Positions 20,259 through 28,558 of a DNA stretch of 64,000 nucleotides are shown in pieces. A program made the translations under genes and the position numbers. Position 1 is the stretch's first letter. Each line of letters starts with the position of its first letter. The stretch is from Candidatus Vogelbacteria bacterium (lineage in GTDB: Bacteria; Patescibacteriota; Minisyncoccia; Phycocordibacterales; XYD1-FULL-46-19): positions 19,116 through 83,115 of the forward strand of contig CAIRHC010000011.1 in the NCBI GenBank assembly GCA_903878275.1, read 5' to 3'. The notes under the pieces were generated by a model. The model was given only the letters and a program-made list of their open reading frames with translations, had not been told where the DNA came from and made no database searches.

Positions 20259-20535
20259 AAAATCAAAAAACTTTCGTTCAAATAAAAAAGAAAAAGATTT
20301 AGATATTGCGGAATTAAAAACCAAAGTTCAAGAGCAAACCTCCACTTACTTAATGGCAGCTTTTGGTTTTGTCGCCGGTTTGGCGTGGAACGAAGCGATA
20401 AAATCACTCATTGACACTTTTTTCCCGCTCGACAAAAACACGGTGATCGTTAAATTTGTTTATGCAATTCTCGTGACTACCGTTTTGGTCATCGCCTCGA
20501 TTTACCTCTCCCGCCTTGCCGGAAAGAAGAAATAA
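20242..20535 (+). CDS. Small membrane protein (DUF5654-like)
   Basis: AAFGFVAGLAWNEAI...YA...T. Confidence 0.75.
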   Translation: MEQKTKKSKNFRSNKKEKDLDIAELKTKVQEQTSTYLMAAFGFVAGLAWNEAIKSLIDTFFPLDKNTVIVKFVYAILVTTVLVIASIYLSRLAGKKK

Positions 20536-20555
20536 TTGTAGAGTTACTCGATAAA

Positions 20556-20626
20556 GGGCCTATGGTCTAGTGGTAGAACACGTCATTCGCATTGACGAGA
20601 CGGCGGTCCGATTCCGCCTAGGTCCA
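20556..20626 (+). tRNA. tRNA-Ala(CGC)
   Basis: GGGCCTA/TAGGTCC acceptor with G3:U70, anticodon arm CGTCA-TTCGCAT-TGACG, discriminator A. Confidence 0.9.
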
Positions 20627-20628
20627 CT

Positions 20629-21060
20629 TTAATAAGTTTTTTCTAAGCGAATCTCATCTTCGCCGATCAGACCTTTGTCGCGGAGGAACTTAAGTTTTTC
20701 TTCTGGCAAAATTTTGAAGCCGATTTTTTCGTGGGCTCGAATGGAAATTTTATTATCTTTCTTAATCGTCCCGTATAGAGTTTTGAGCTTGTGGTTTTCG
20801 ACTAAGACTTGATAAATTTTATCCAACAAACCCATTCCGCGAAAATCTGGGCTTAGAACGATCTGAATAAAGCCGGCGTCAATGCCCATCGTAACCGGGA
20901 TAAAACCCACGATCCCCGCTCGTTCATTATCAACAAAAATCGTATGATAATAAGATTCGGTTTTTATCGTTGGCGTCGCAATCATTTCGGAATCAGGCAG
21001 TGACTCAAAATAACCTTCCTCAAACTCGCCCAAACGAATGTCATTGGCATTAGAAAACAT
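20629..21060 (-). CDS. GNAT family N-acetyltransferase
   Basis: PDFRGMG and N..SIRAHEKIGF motifs. Confidence 0.8.
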   Translation of the reverse strand: MFSNANDIRLGEFEEGYFESLPDSEMIATPTIKTESYYHTIFVDNERAGIVGFIPVTMGIDAGFIQIVLSPDFRGMGLLDKIYQVLVENHKLKTLYGTIKKDNKISIRAHEKIGFKILPEEKLKFLRDKGLIGEDEIRLEKTY

Positions 21061-21128
21061 ACTATTAAATTATACCACAAGTTAAGTATTGATAAATACC
21101 AGGGATAAGCTATGCTTTTATTAAGAAA

Positions 21129-21722
21129 ATGAAATACCAAGATTTAGTAAAAACGATAAGAAAAGGTGGGGTCGGAATTTTGCCGACCGACACGATTTAT
21201 GGGCTAGTCGGGCTAGCGCTCGCACCAGTAACCGTGGAGCGAATTTATAAACTAAAAAAACGCTCGGACGGTAAACCATTTATCGTCCTTATCGGCTCGT
21301 GGCAAGACCTTGAAAAAATCAATGTTGAAATAACGCCGGATCAAAAAAAGATTTTAAAAAAGGTCTGGCCGGGACCAGTCAGTGTCGTTTTACCTTGCGA
21401 TAACCCTCGCCTTGCCTACTTACATCAAAACAAAAATTTGGCGATACGCTGGGCAAAAAATAATTTTCTAAATCGTTTGATTAAAAAGACCGGACCGCTC
21501 GTCGCGCCGTCTGCCAATCCAGAAGGCTTGAAACCAGCCGAAACAATTACCGAAGCGAAAAAATATTTTGGGGCTGAAGTTGATTTTTATTTCGCCAACA
21601 ATGGCAAACGTCTCACTGGTCAATCCTCTACCTTGATTGAAATAAAAAATGGTAAAATAAATATATTAAGACAAGGAGCTAAAACATCGATGAGGATGTT
21701 CGCTCAAGAAGAAAAAAATTAA
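21129..21722 (+). CDS. tsaC: L-threonylcarbamoyladenylate synthase (TsaC/YrdC)
   Basis: PTDTIYGL, K.R...KP, WPGP, PSAN, SST. Confidence 0.92.
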   Translation: MKYQDLVKTIRKGGVGILPTDTIYGLVGLALAPVTVERIYKLKKRSDGKPFIVLIGSWQDLEKINVEITPDQKKILKKVWPGPVSVVLPCDNPRLAYLHQNKNLAIRWAKNNFLNRLIKKTGPLVAPSANPEGLKPAETITEAKKYFGAEVDFYFANNGKRLTGQSSTLIEIKNGKINILRQGAKTSMRMFAQEEKN

Positions 21723-21739
21723 AATTTAATAATAATCCT

Positions 21740-22090
21740 ATGATAAATTACGAGGAATTTTCAAAAGTAGAATTACGAGTAGTCGAAATTTTAGCCGCCG
21801 AACGCGTCGAGGGTTCAGACAAACTTCTCAAGTTAGAAGTATCTCTGGGTGATCCTAAAACTCCTACGGGTTCGGACAAGGAAAAACGACAAATCATCGC
21901 CGGTATCGGCAAAGCTTATGCGCCAGAAAATATTGTGGGATTTAAAATTGTCATTATCGCCAATCTTGAACCAAGGCAATTGATGGGGCTCGAAAGCCAA
22001 GGAATGATTCTCGCCGCCAAAGATAGTAATGGTCGTCCGATTTTATTGCGACCAGAACAAGATGTCCCAGCGGGTGCCAATATCAGCTAA
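21740..22090 (+). CDS. Stand-alone tRNA-binding OB domain (Trbp111/CsaA/MetG C-terminal-like)
   Basis: F.KVELRV..I..AE....DKLL, RQIIAGI, NLEPR.LMG.ESQGMILAA. Confidence 0.88.
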   Translation: MINYEEFSKVELRVVEILAAERVEGSDKLLKLEVSLGDPKTPTGSDKEKRQIIAGIGKAYAPENIVGFKIVIIANLEPRQLMGLESQGMILAAKDSNGRPILLRPEQDVPAGANIS

Positions 22091-22100
22091 AAAACAAAAA

Positions 22101-22481
22101 ATGCGAAACAAAGGAGTTATTATTTTTACCTTAATTGCCATTGCGTTAATTTTAATTATCGCCAGAATTTTCCAGTGGTCAGAACCAGAAAAAATCGTCA
22201 CTGATTTCACCTCTTGTGCTGAAGCTGGTTTTCCGGTGATGGAAAGTTATCCTCGACAATGTATCGACAAAGATCAACAAGTTTTTGTTGAAAAAATAAC
22301 AGAGCAAGCTACCAGCACTCAATTTGATATTAAAACCTTAATTCCGGTAAGTACCACCACTTCGAGCTCAAAAACCATTGAAAGCTCAAATGTAATCCCG
22401 GAAAACCCGACCAGCTCGGAAGAAATCCCTAAAACTCCTGCGGGTTCGGGCGTAAGCCTTAAAAATTCGAGCAGTACCTAG
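22101..22481 (+). CDS. Membrane-anchored hypothetical protein
   Basis: TM segment plus F.SC..AG.PVMESYPRQC disulfide motif; Ser/Thr-rich tail. Confidence 0.75.
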   Translation: MRNKGVIIFTLIAIALILIIARIFQWSEPEKIVTDFTSCAEAGFPVMESYPRQCIDKDQQVFVEKITEQATSTQFDIKTLIPVSTTTSSSKTIESSNVIPENPTSSEEIPKTPAGSGVSLKNSSST

Positions 22482-22603
22482 CCGTCTCGTCAAGTTCCCA
22501 AAACGCTCAAAAAGGTTATAATAGACCAGTCGATTAGTAGCCTTTTTATTAGTTATTTATATCCTTCCTAATCCGCCAGTAAGGCGGACGGACAAGTAAA
22601 ATT

Positions 22604-23422
22604 ATGGAATCTAAAAGTTCTTGGGGAATCCCCGTTGTTATTTTGGTCGTTATTTTAGCCCTTGGTGGCGCTTATTATTATGGTGGTGTTGGAAACAACG
22701 CTTCTTCGACACCCGCAGTTACTAGCGATTTTGCCTCGAAATTCCGAGCCGTTGACAGCTCCGACAAAATTCTTGGTGATATCAATGCTCCCGCCAAATT
22801 GGTTATTTATTCTGACCTAGAATGTCCAGCTTGTAAAATCTTTCACGAAGAAGTTAAAAAATTAGAACTTGATTATGTCAAAGATGGCAAGGTCGCTCTT
22901 GTCTTCCGACCACTTCCTCTTTTGAGTCTTCATCCAAAGTCACAAAAAGAAACCGAAGCCGCCGAATGTGCTGGTGAGCTTGGCGGTAATGAAAAATTCT
23001 GGGCTTTCGTTGATAAAATTTTCGAAATCACCCCATCAAATAACGGTCTCGATGAAGCTAAATTATCTGAAACCGCTGTTGGTTTAGGTCTTGATGAAAA
23101 AAGTTTTAACGACTGTTTATCGAGCGGAAAATACACCGATGTCGTGAAGAAAAGTATTGACGAAGGATTCAACCTCGGTATTCAAGGTACGCCGTCATTT
23201 GTCATTGTCGGACCAAACAATAATTTCTTAAAAGCTCCAGATCAACAAGGAAATATTTCTGAAATTATCACTGGCGCCTATCCAGCCGATCAACTAAAGC
23301 AAATGATTGATAGTGTTACCAATCCAGCGACTACAACCGAAGCAACCACTAGCTCAACCGAAGAGACAACAGAACCGGTAGTTGAGGTGAATGCCGAAGC
23401 TACCGCAACTCCAGCTCGATAG
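22604..23422 (+). CDS. DsbA family protein
   Basis: YSDLECPAC, GIQGTP, GAYP. Confidence 0.9.
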   Translation: MESKSSWGIPVVILVVILALGGAYYYGGVGNNASSTPAVTSDFASKFRAVDSSDKILGDINAPAKLVIYSDLECPACKIFHEEVKKLELDYVKDGKVALVFRPLPLLSLHPKSQKETEAAECAGELGGNEKFWAFVDKIFEITPSNNGLDEAKLSETAVGLGLDEKSFNDCLSSGKYTDVVKKSIDEGFNLGIQGTPSFVIVGPNNNFLKAPDQQGNISEIITGAYPADQLKQMIDSVTNPATTTEATTSSTEETTEPVVEVNAEATATPAR

Positions 23423-23442
23423 ATATAAAAAAGTAGTAAGTA

Positions 23443-23472
23443 AAAAAAGCGAGCCAACCGGCTCGCTTTTTT
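23443..23472. terminator. Bidirectional terminator
   Basis: AAAAAAGCGAGCC-aacc-GGCTCGCTTTTTT. Confidence 0.8.
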
Positions 23473-23506
23473 CCTATCTACCCAATCTTTCTGTCACATT
23501 CTTACT

Positions 23507-24826
23507 TTAGTAACCCTGCAACTTCTTCACTTTCTCATGCATCCGAATTTTATCGTGCGCTTTGGCTTCAATCTGTCGGATGCGTTCGCGTGTCACCCCA
23601 AATTCTTTACCAACTTCTTCCAGTGTCCGCATCACACCGTCGATCAGACCATGACGCATCTCCAAAATTTTTCTTTCTTTTGGTGTTAGATCGTCTAAAA
23701 TATCTTCGATCTGATCACGCAAAATTCTAAGTGACGAATCTTGGTCTGGCGAAGAAATTTTATCATCAGCGATAAATTCACCAAGAGTTGATTTGTCATC
23801 GTCATCATCGGTCGGTTTATCAAGGCTCGCGGTGCTCTGATCAATCTTTTCAATCGTATGCACTTTTTCCACTTCGATTCCCATCTCGGTCGCAATTTCT
23901 TGAGGTAATGGATCACGACCAAGGTCTTGCGATAAGCGACGAAAAACTTGTTTGTATTTAGCAATTGTTTCCACCATATGCACCGGAATACGAATCGTCC
24001 GAGATTGATCAGCCAAAGCCCTAGTCACCGCTTGGCGAATCCACCAAGTCGCATAGGTCGAAAATTTATAACCTTTGCGCCAATCAAATTTTTCCACGGC
24101 TTTAAACAAACCGATATTCCCCTCTTGAATCAAATCGAGAAGCGATAGGTCCGCACTTCGACCGATGTATTTTTTCGCAATCGAAACCACCAGACGCAAG
24201 TTGGCACTGGCAAGAGCTTTACGAGCATCTTCGTCACCGAGCAAAATTCTTTTGGCTAAATCTTTTTCTTCCATCCCAGTCAAGAGTTTGTGGCGACCAA
24301 TTTCTCGCAAATACATCTGCACCGAATCAAGCGAGCTGCTGTCACCTTTTTCCGCCTTAATTTTTTCTACTGCCACGATCGGATCTTCGAGCAAACCACC
24401 TTCCTCCAGAATATCGACATTGGCTTCTTCAAATTTTACATACAAATCATCAAGAAAAGTAATGTCATTTTCGATGTTTGGAAATTCTTTTAGCAATTCG
24501 GCAAAAGTAATAAAACCTCGTTGCTTACCTTTCGTAATTAAATTTTTAATTTTAAAATCAATTTTTTCAGCCAGATTTTTTGGCTCGAGCGATTTGGCTT
24601 CTTTTCTGTGTATAATGGTCTGAATTTTCTTCTTCGCCGGCTTGGCTTTATTTTTAGAAACAAGCTTTTTGATCGGTTTTTTTACGACTTTTTTAACCAC
24701 CTTCTTTTTAAGAGATTTCTTTAAAATCTTTTTCTTTGGGTTAACAATTTTGACTAATTTTTTCGCAACTTTTTTCTTTAGGCGAACAGCTTTTGCTGTT
24801 TTAGCCTTTGGTTTACTTTTTGGCAT
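23507..24826 (-). CDS. rpoD: RNA polymerase sigma factor RpoD with a Lys-rich N-terminus
   Basis: [51 protein letters not shown]. Confidence 0.97.
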   Translation of the reverse strand: MPKSKPKAKTAKAVRLKKKVAKKLVKIVNPKKKILKKSLKKKVVKKVVKKPIKKLVSKNKAKPAKKKIQTIIHRKEAKSLEPKNLAEKIDFKIKNLITKGKQRGFITFAELLKEFPNIENDITFLDDLYVKFEEANVDILEEGGLLEDPIVAVEKIKAEKGDSSSLDSVQMYLREIGRHKLLTGMEEKDLAKRILLGDEDARKALASANLRLVVSIAKKYIGRSADLSLLDLIQEGNIGLFKAVEKFDWRKGYKFSTYATWWIRQAVTRALADQSRTIRIPVHMVETIAKYKQVFRRLSQDLGRDPLPQEIATEMGIEVEKVHTIEKIDQSTASLDKPTDDDDDKSTLGEFIADDKISSPDQDSSLRILRDQIEDILDDLTPKERKILEMRHGLIDGVMRTLEEVGKEFGVTRERIRQIEAKAHDKIRMHEKVKKLQGY

Positions 24827-24877
24827 TTTATTAAAATTAAAACTGATAATTTTTTTGGGCGAACAGCTTTTGCTATT

Positions 24878-26602
24878 TTAGCCTTTTTTAATATTGTTAA
24901 TTTCTTTTAAAATTTCTTGACATTTTTTCAACTTCTCTGAAAGCATTACGGCATCATTTGACTGCTCCGCCAATTTTACTTCCCGCATTATATCCTGCAA
25001 TTCCGCTCGCAAAACCTCTTCTTTTAAATTTGACTTTAGGTCGTTTAGCTCGGCCTCGAGCTTATCTTCATCGCTGTACAAAAGCTCGGCTTCTAGCGCC
25101 AGACGGTTCTTGTCTTTCTCGTATTCCACTATCTTAATAGCAAAATTATCGTCTCCAAGCAAACTTTTGAGCTCGGTTTTGAAAATCTCTAAATCAAATT
25201 TATTAGGCAAATTGGCTCGCCAGAACAAAAGCCCAAAAATCCTTTCTTCGATCATTTTCTGCTTTTTGAGCGAAGTCATCACCTCTTTCTTTTCGATGGC
25301 TTGGACGGTCGGCAAATTTTCTTCAATTTTTATTTTTTTCAAATCATCCCAAATGGCGCTATCTGGTAATTTTAAAATTTGTGATAAACGCCCGACAAAA
25401 TGCGCTTGCTCCATACTTTTATCAAGCACTTTGATATACGGCAAAACGAGATTATTTACGGCAAGAGTTAGATCCAGACCGGTCTTGCCTTCTTGTTTCA
25501 AAGTATCAATCATAAAATCAATATAGTGTTGAGATTGCGAAACAGCGGTAAGCCAATCGGCGGGATTATTTTTAATCACATCAGCTGGATCTTGTCCTGA
25601 TGGCAGTTTGGCAATTTTCACATTGAGCTCCATTGCTCGTGCCAAATTTATCGCCCGCCACGACGCTTTGAGTCCCGCCAAATCATAATCATAAGCCAAC
25701 ACGATATTATCGGTCAGACGCTTGATAAGTTGCAAATGCTTTTCGGTCAAAGCGGTACCAGACACCGCCACGGTATTTAGTAAACCAGCTTGATGTGACA
25801 TCACCAGATCAATTTGCCCTTCCACCAAAATACAGAAATCTTTTTGACGCATTTCTTGTTTGGCTCGATCATAACCATATAGCAAATTAGATTTGTCGTA
25901 TAAAACGGTTTGTGGGGTGTTTACGTATTTGGCGGTGCCGGCTTCCGCCACTCCGAATATCCGGCCGGAAAAACCGACAGTTTTTCCGGCCGGATTAAAC
26001 AACGGAAACATAATCCGCCCACGAAAACGATCATAAGGACGACTATCACGTTTATTGTCCGAAGCCGATTTTGTCGCCAAGCCCGCTTTCTCCATTTCCT
26101 CATCGGTAAAACCACTTTTGCTTAAATAGTCCGCCAAATTTCGCCAACCATTTGGGGCATAACCAAGTCGAAAACTCATAAAAGTTTCTTTAGTCAAACC
26201 GCGATCTTTAATGTACGCCAAAACTTCTGGTTGATTTTTAATATTAACTTGGAAAAATTTTGTCGCCAATTCCAAAACTTGATAAAGCCGATCATTTTCT
26301 GATTTATCTTTCAAATTGACTTTTTCCAAAACCACGCCAGTCCGCTCCGCCAAAAGTTTCAAGGCACCAACAAAATCAAGCCCCTCAATTTCTTGAACAA
26401 AACTAAAAATGTCACCGCCTTTATTGCAACCAAAACAATGATAGGATTCGCGATTCGGCGACACAAAAAACGACGGGCTTTTTTCGTGATGAAACGGACA
26501 GCAAGCACGAAAATTAAGACCGGCTTTTTCCAGTTTGACATAAGAGCCAACAAGCTCGGCAATTCCCAACTTGGTTTTAATTTGTTCAACAGAAGAAGAC
26601 AT
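24878..26602 (-). CDS. dnaG: DNA primase
   Basis: CPFHHEKSPSF zinc finger, DRFRGRIMFP, KY.N.P, EG..D, YDYD.AG, DP.D. Confidence 0.97.
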   Translation of the reverse strand: MSSSVEQIKTKLGIAELVGSYVKLEKAGLNFRACCPFHHEKSPSFFVSPNRESYHCFGCNKGGDIFSFVQEIEGLDFVGALKLLAERTGVVLEKVNLKDKSENDRLYQVLELATKFFQVNIKNQPEVLAYIKDRGLTKETFMSFRLGYAPNGWRNLADYLSKSGFTDEEMEKAGLATKSASDNKRDSRPYDRFRGRIMFPLFNPAGKTVGFSGRIFGVAEAGTAKYVNTPQTVLYDKSNLLYGYDRAKQEMRQKDFCILVEGQIDLVMSHQAGLLNTVAVSGTALTEKHLQLIKRLTDNIVLAYDYDLAGLKASWRAINLARAMELNVKIAKLPSGQDPADVIKNNPADWLTAVSQSQHYIDFMIDTLKQEGKTGLDLTLAVNNLVLPYIKVLDKSMEQAHFVGRLSQILKLPDSAIWDDLKKIKIEENLPTVQAIEKKEVMTSLKKQKMIEERIFGLLFWRANLPNKFDLEIFKTELKSLLGDDNFAIKIVEYEKDKNRLALEAELLYSDEDKLEAELNDLKSNLKEEVLRAELQDIMREVKLAEQSNDAVMLSEKLKKCQEILKEINNIKKG

Positions 26603-26676
26603 TTGTAATTATGTTAGCAAAAAATTGATACTTTACGAAAATTGACTTATCTTTGGTCATAATTTATTATAATTAT

Positions 26677-26895
26677 ATGCGTAAAATTAATCTCAAAAAT
26701 GTCGTCTGGAAAGAAGGAAAATACTATGTGGCTTGGAATCTAAACACGGCTGTTTCCAGTTTTGGCGACTCTAAAAAAGAAGCGTTAGCAAGCTTGCAAG
26801 AAGCACTGGAATTACATTTGGAAAATATCCCCTCTGGTAAAATCAACCAGATTGTCCGACCAAGCTTCGCTCCCTTTTGTCTGAAGCATGCCTAA
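26677..26895 (+). CDS. hicB: HicB family antitoxin (short form)
   Basis: KEG..YVA...VSSFGDS..EAL..L.EALEL. Confidence 0.85.
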   Translation: MRKINLKNVVWKEGKYYVAWNLNTAVSSFGDSKKEALASLQEALELHLENIPSGKINQIVRPSFAPFCLKHA

Positions 26896-27100
26896 ACCAA
26901 TACCACTTAGCTTAATTTTAAAAGTCCTAAAAAGAGCGGGTTTTATTTTTATTCGACAGAAAGGTTCACACGCTCGTTTTCGCAAAACTGGACGACCAAC
27001 TAGAAACGTTACTCTGAAAATGTCCGCCAAAGAAATCCCTTATGGCACTTTTCAATCAATCTTGATTCAATCAGGATTAGAGGAAAGAGATTTTTTCTAG
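26888..27100 (+). CDS. hicA: HicA family mRNA interferase
   Basis: L...GF...RQKGSH...EI..GT..SI..Q.GL. Confidence 0.88.
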   Translation: MPKPIPLSLILKVLKRAGFIFIRQKGSHARFRKTGRPTRNVTLKMSAKEIPYGTFQSILIQSGLEERDFF

Positions 27101-27104
27101 TTAA

Positions 27105-27776
27105 CTACTGAAAAAGTTTAATCAGACTCTGATCCAATATATTTTCTTTTTGTTGCCCTCCGATTGTCCAACTTGTAATTTTGACCAGAACATTTTTTTC
27201 TTGTCCAAGATCAAAAACATACCATTTGTTAGTACCACCACTAGAGGAAGCATTAACGCAGGTGTACAAAACTTTATCGTTCGACAACCCATTAAAGCGA
27301 CAAATACAACTTCCCTCACCTTCTAACCGGTAGCCATCTATTTTCGATGAGTATAGTTTTAGATTTTCAAAATTTTTACCCGAAACACCAATAACTACAT
27401 CTTTGGCAAGTCCCGAGAGAATATCATCATTAACTTTACCAGCGGCTTTCCAATAGCCATCTTTAAAATCAAAGAATAATAAGTTTTTATCCCCTTGTTC
27501 ACAAACCTGTCTCAGGGTAAAACCTTCCTTCAGTTTATTTTCGATGAGACTGCTCTGTGCTTTGATTTGATCCAATGTCCATTTATAATTTAGGCCACTA
27601 TCTTTCTTTTCGGCATCGCTAACTGTACCATCATAGGTTACAAGGCAACCGGTTTTTTGCAATGAACTACCATTATTGACACTCAAGATTTGGACATTTT
27701 GATTTTTGTAATAAACAAAATATCCAACAACTAAAATCGCCAAGATAATAACTAATCCAATCAAATATTTTTTCAT
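27105..27776 (-). CDS. Membrane-anchored hypothetical protein
   Basis: N-terminal TM segment, Cys pairs. Confidence 0.75.
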   Translation of the reverse strand: MKKYLIGLVIILAILVVGYFVYYKNQNVQILSVNNGSSLQKTGCLVTYDGTVSDAEKKDSGLNYKWTLDQIKAQSSLIENKLKEGFTLRQVCEQGDKNLLFFDFKDGYWKAAGKVNDDILSGLAKDVVIGVSGKNFENLKLYSSKIDGYRLEGEGSCICRFNGLSNDKVLYTCVNASSSGGTNKWYVFDLGQEKNVLVKITSWTIGGQQKENILDQSLIKLFQ

Positions 27777-27847
27777 AACTTAGATTATTAATTAATAATA
27801 CAATTTACTTAGACCAATTCAATCAGGTTTAGAGGAGGAAGATTTTT

Positions 27848-28525
27848 TTAATTAACCTTCAAAGAAGTCAGGATCTTTGTGAAAAGTTCCACCTCTTGGT
27901 CAGGCAGTATCACTCCAGCTAAACCTAGATAAGTCTTATTATCGGCATTGATTGGACTAAGCTCTGGAACAAAAGACCGAGCAACGACTAAAGTTTTTGT
28001 TGAAGTAATTGAAAAATAATAAGTATAAGCGCCACAGCCTTCTACGCCTGAAGTGATTTGGTGACCTTTCAGAGAACCCACATCAAAAGTGTCAACACGA
28101 CCTGGTGATAATTTAAAGGCACCATTTGCAAAAATATCTTTTGCTAAAAATCCTTGAGTTTCATCTAATGTTTCTTTTATATTTTTATTAACTACCCTTA
28201 ACGAAACATTAAAATCGGTGAATTTATCTAAGACTGTTCCATCACCTTTCATATCACAAAAATCACCGTGTTTATAATCTATTGAATGACCGAGGTTCAC
28301 TTCATCACCATTTTTTGTGACAGAAATAAGATTATCTGGATACTCAAATTCCATAGAACTATCTATGTACTTTTTCATACCAGAATTATCCGGTTGAGGC
28401 ACGACCTGTGTTTCTGTCCCCAGCACAGGGACCACTGGGTTATTTTCTTTTTTATTTACTCCTAAATAATAAGCACCGCCCGCGATTAAAACTAGCAAGA
28501 CAATCCCGATAATATATTTTTGCAT
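27848..28525 (-). CDS. Membrane-anchored hypothetical protein (PsbP-like F.YP motif)
   Basis: N-terminal TM segment, EFEYP, G.EGCG. Confidence 0.75.
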   Translation of the reverse strand: MQKYIIGIVLLVLIAGGAYYLGVNKKENNPVVPVLGTETQVVPQPDNSGMKKYIDSSMEFEYPDNLISVTKNGDEVNLGHSIDYKHGDFCDMKGDGTVLDKFTDFNVSLRVVNKNIKETLDETQGFLAKDIFANGAFKLSPGRVDTFDVGSLKGHQITSGVEGCGAYTYYFSITSTKTLVVARSFVPELSPINADNKTYLGLAGVILPDQEVELFTKILTSLKVN

Positions 28526-28558
28526 ATAATTTTTAGATTATTAATTAATAATCGTTTT

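Noticed and set aside
18273-21060. Prophage or integrative element at the tRNA genes
   Set aside because: No integrase, transposase or duplicated tRNA 3' end was seen in the window.
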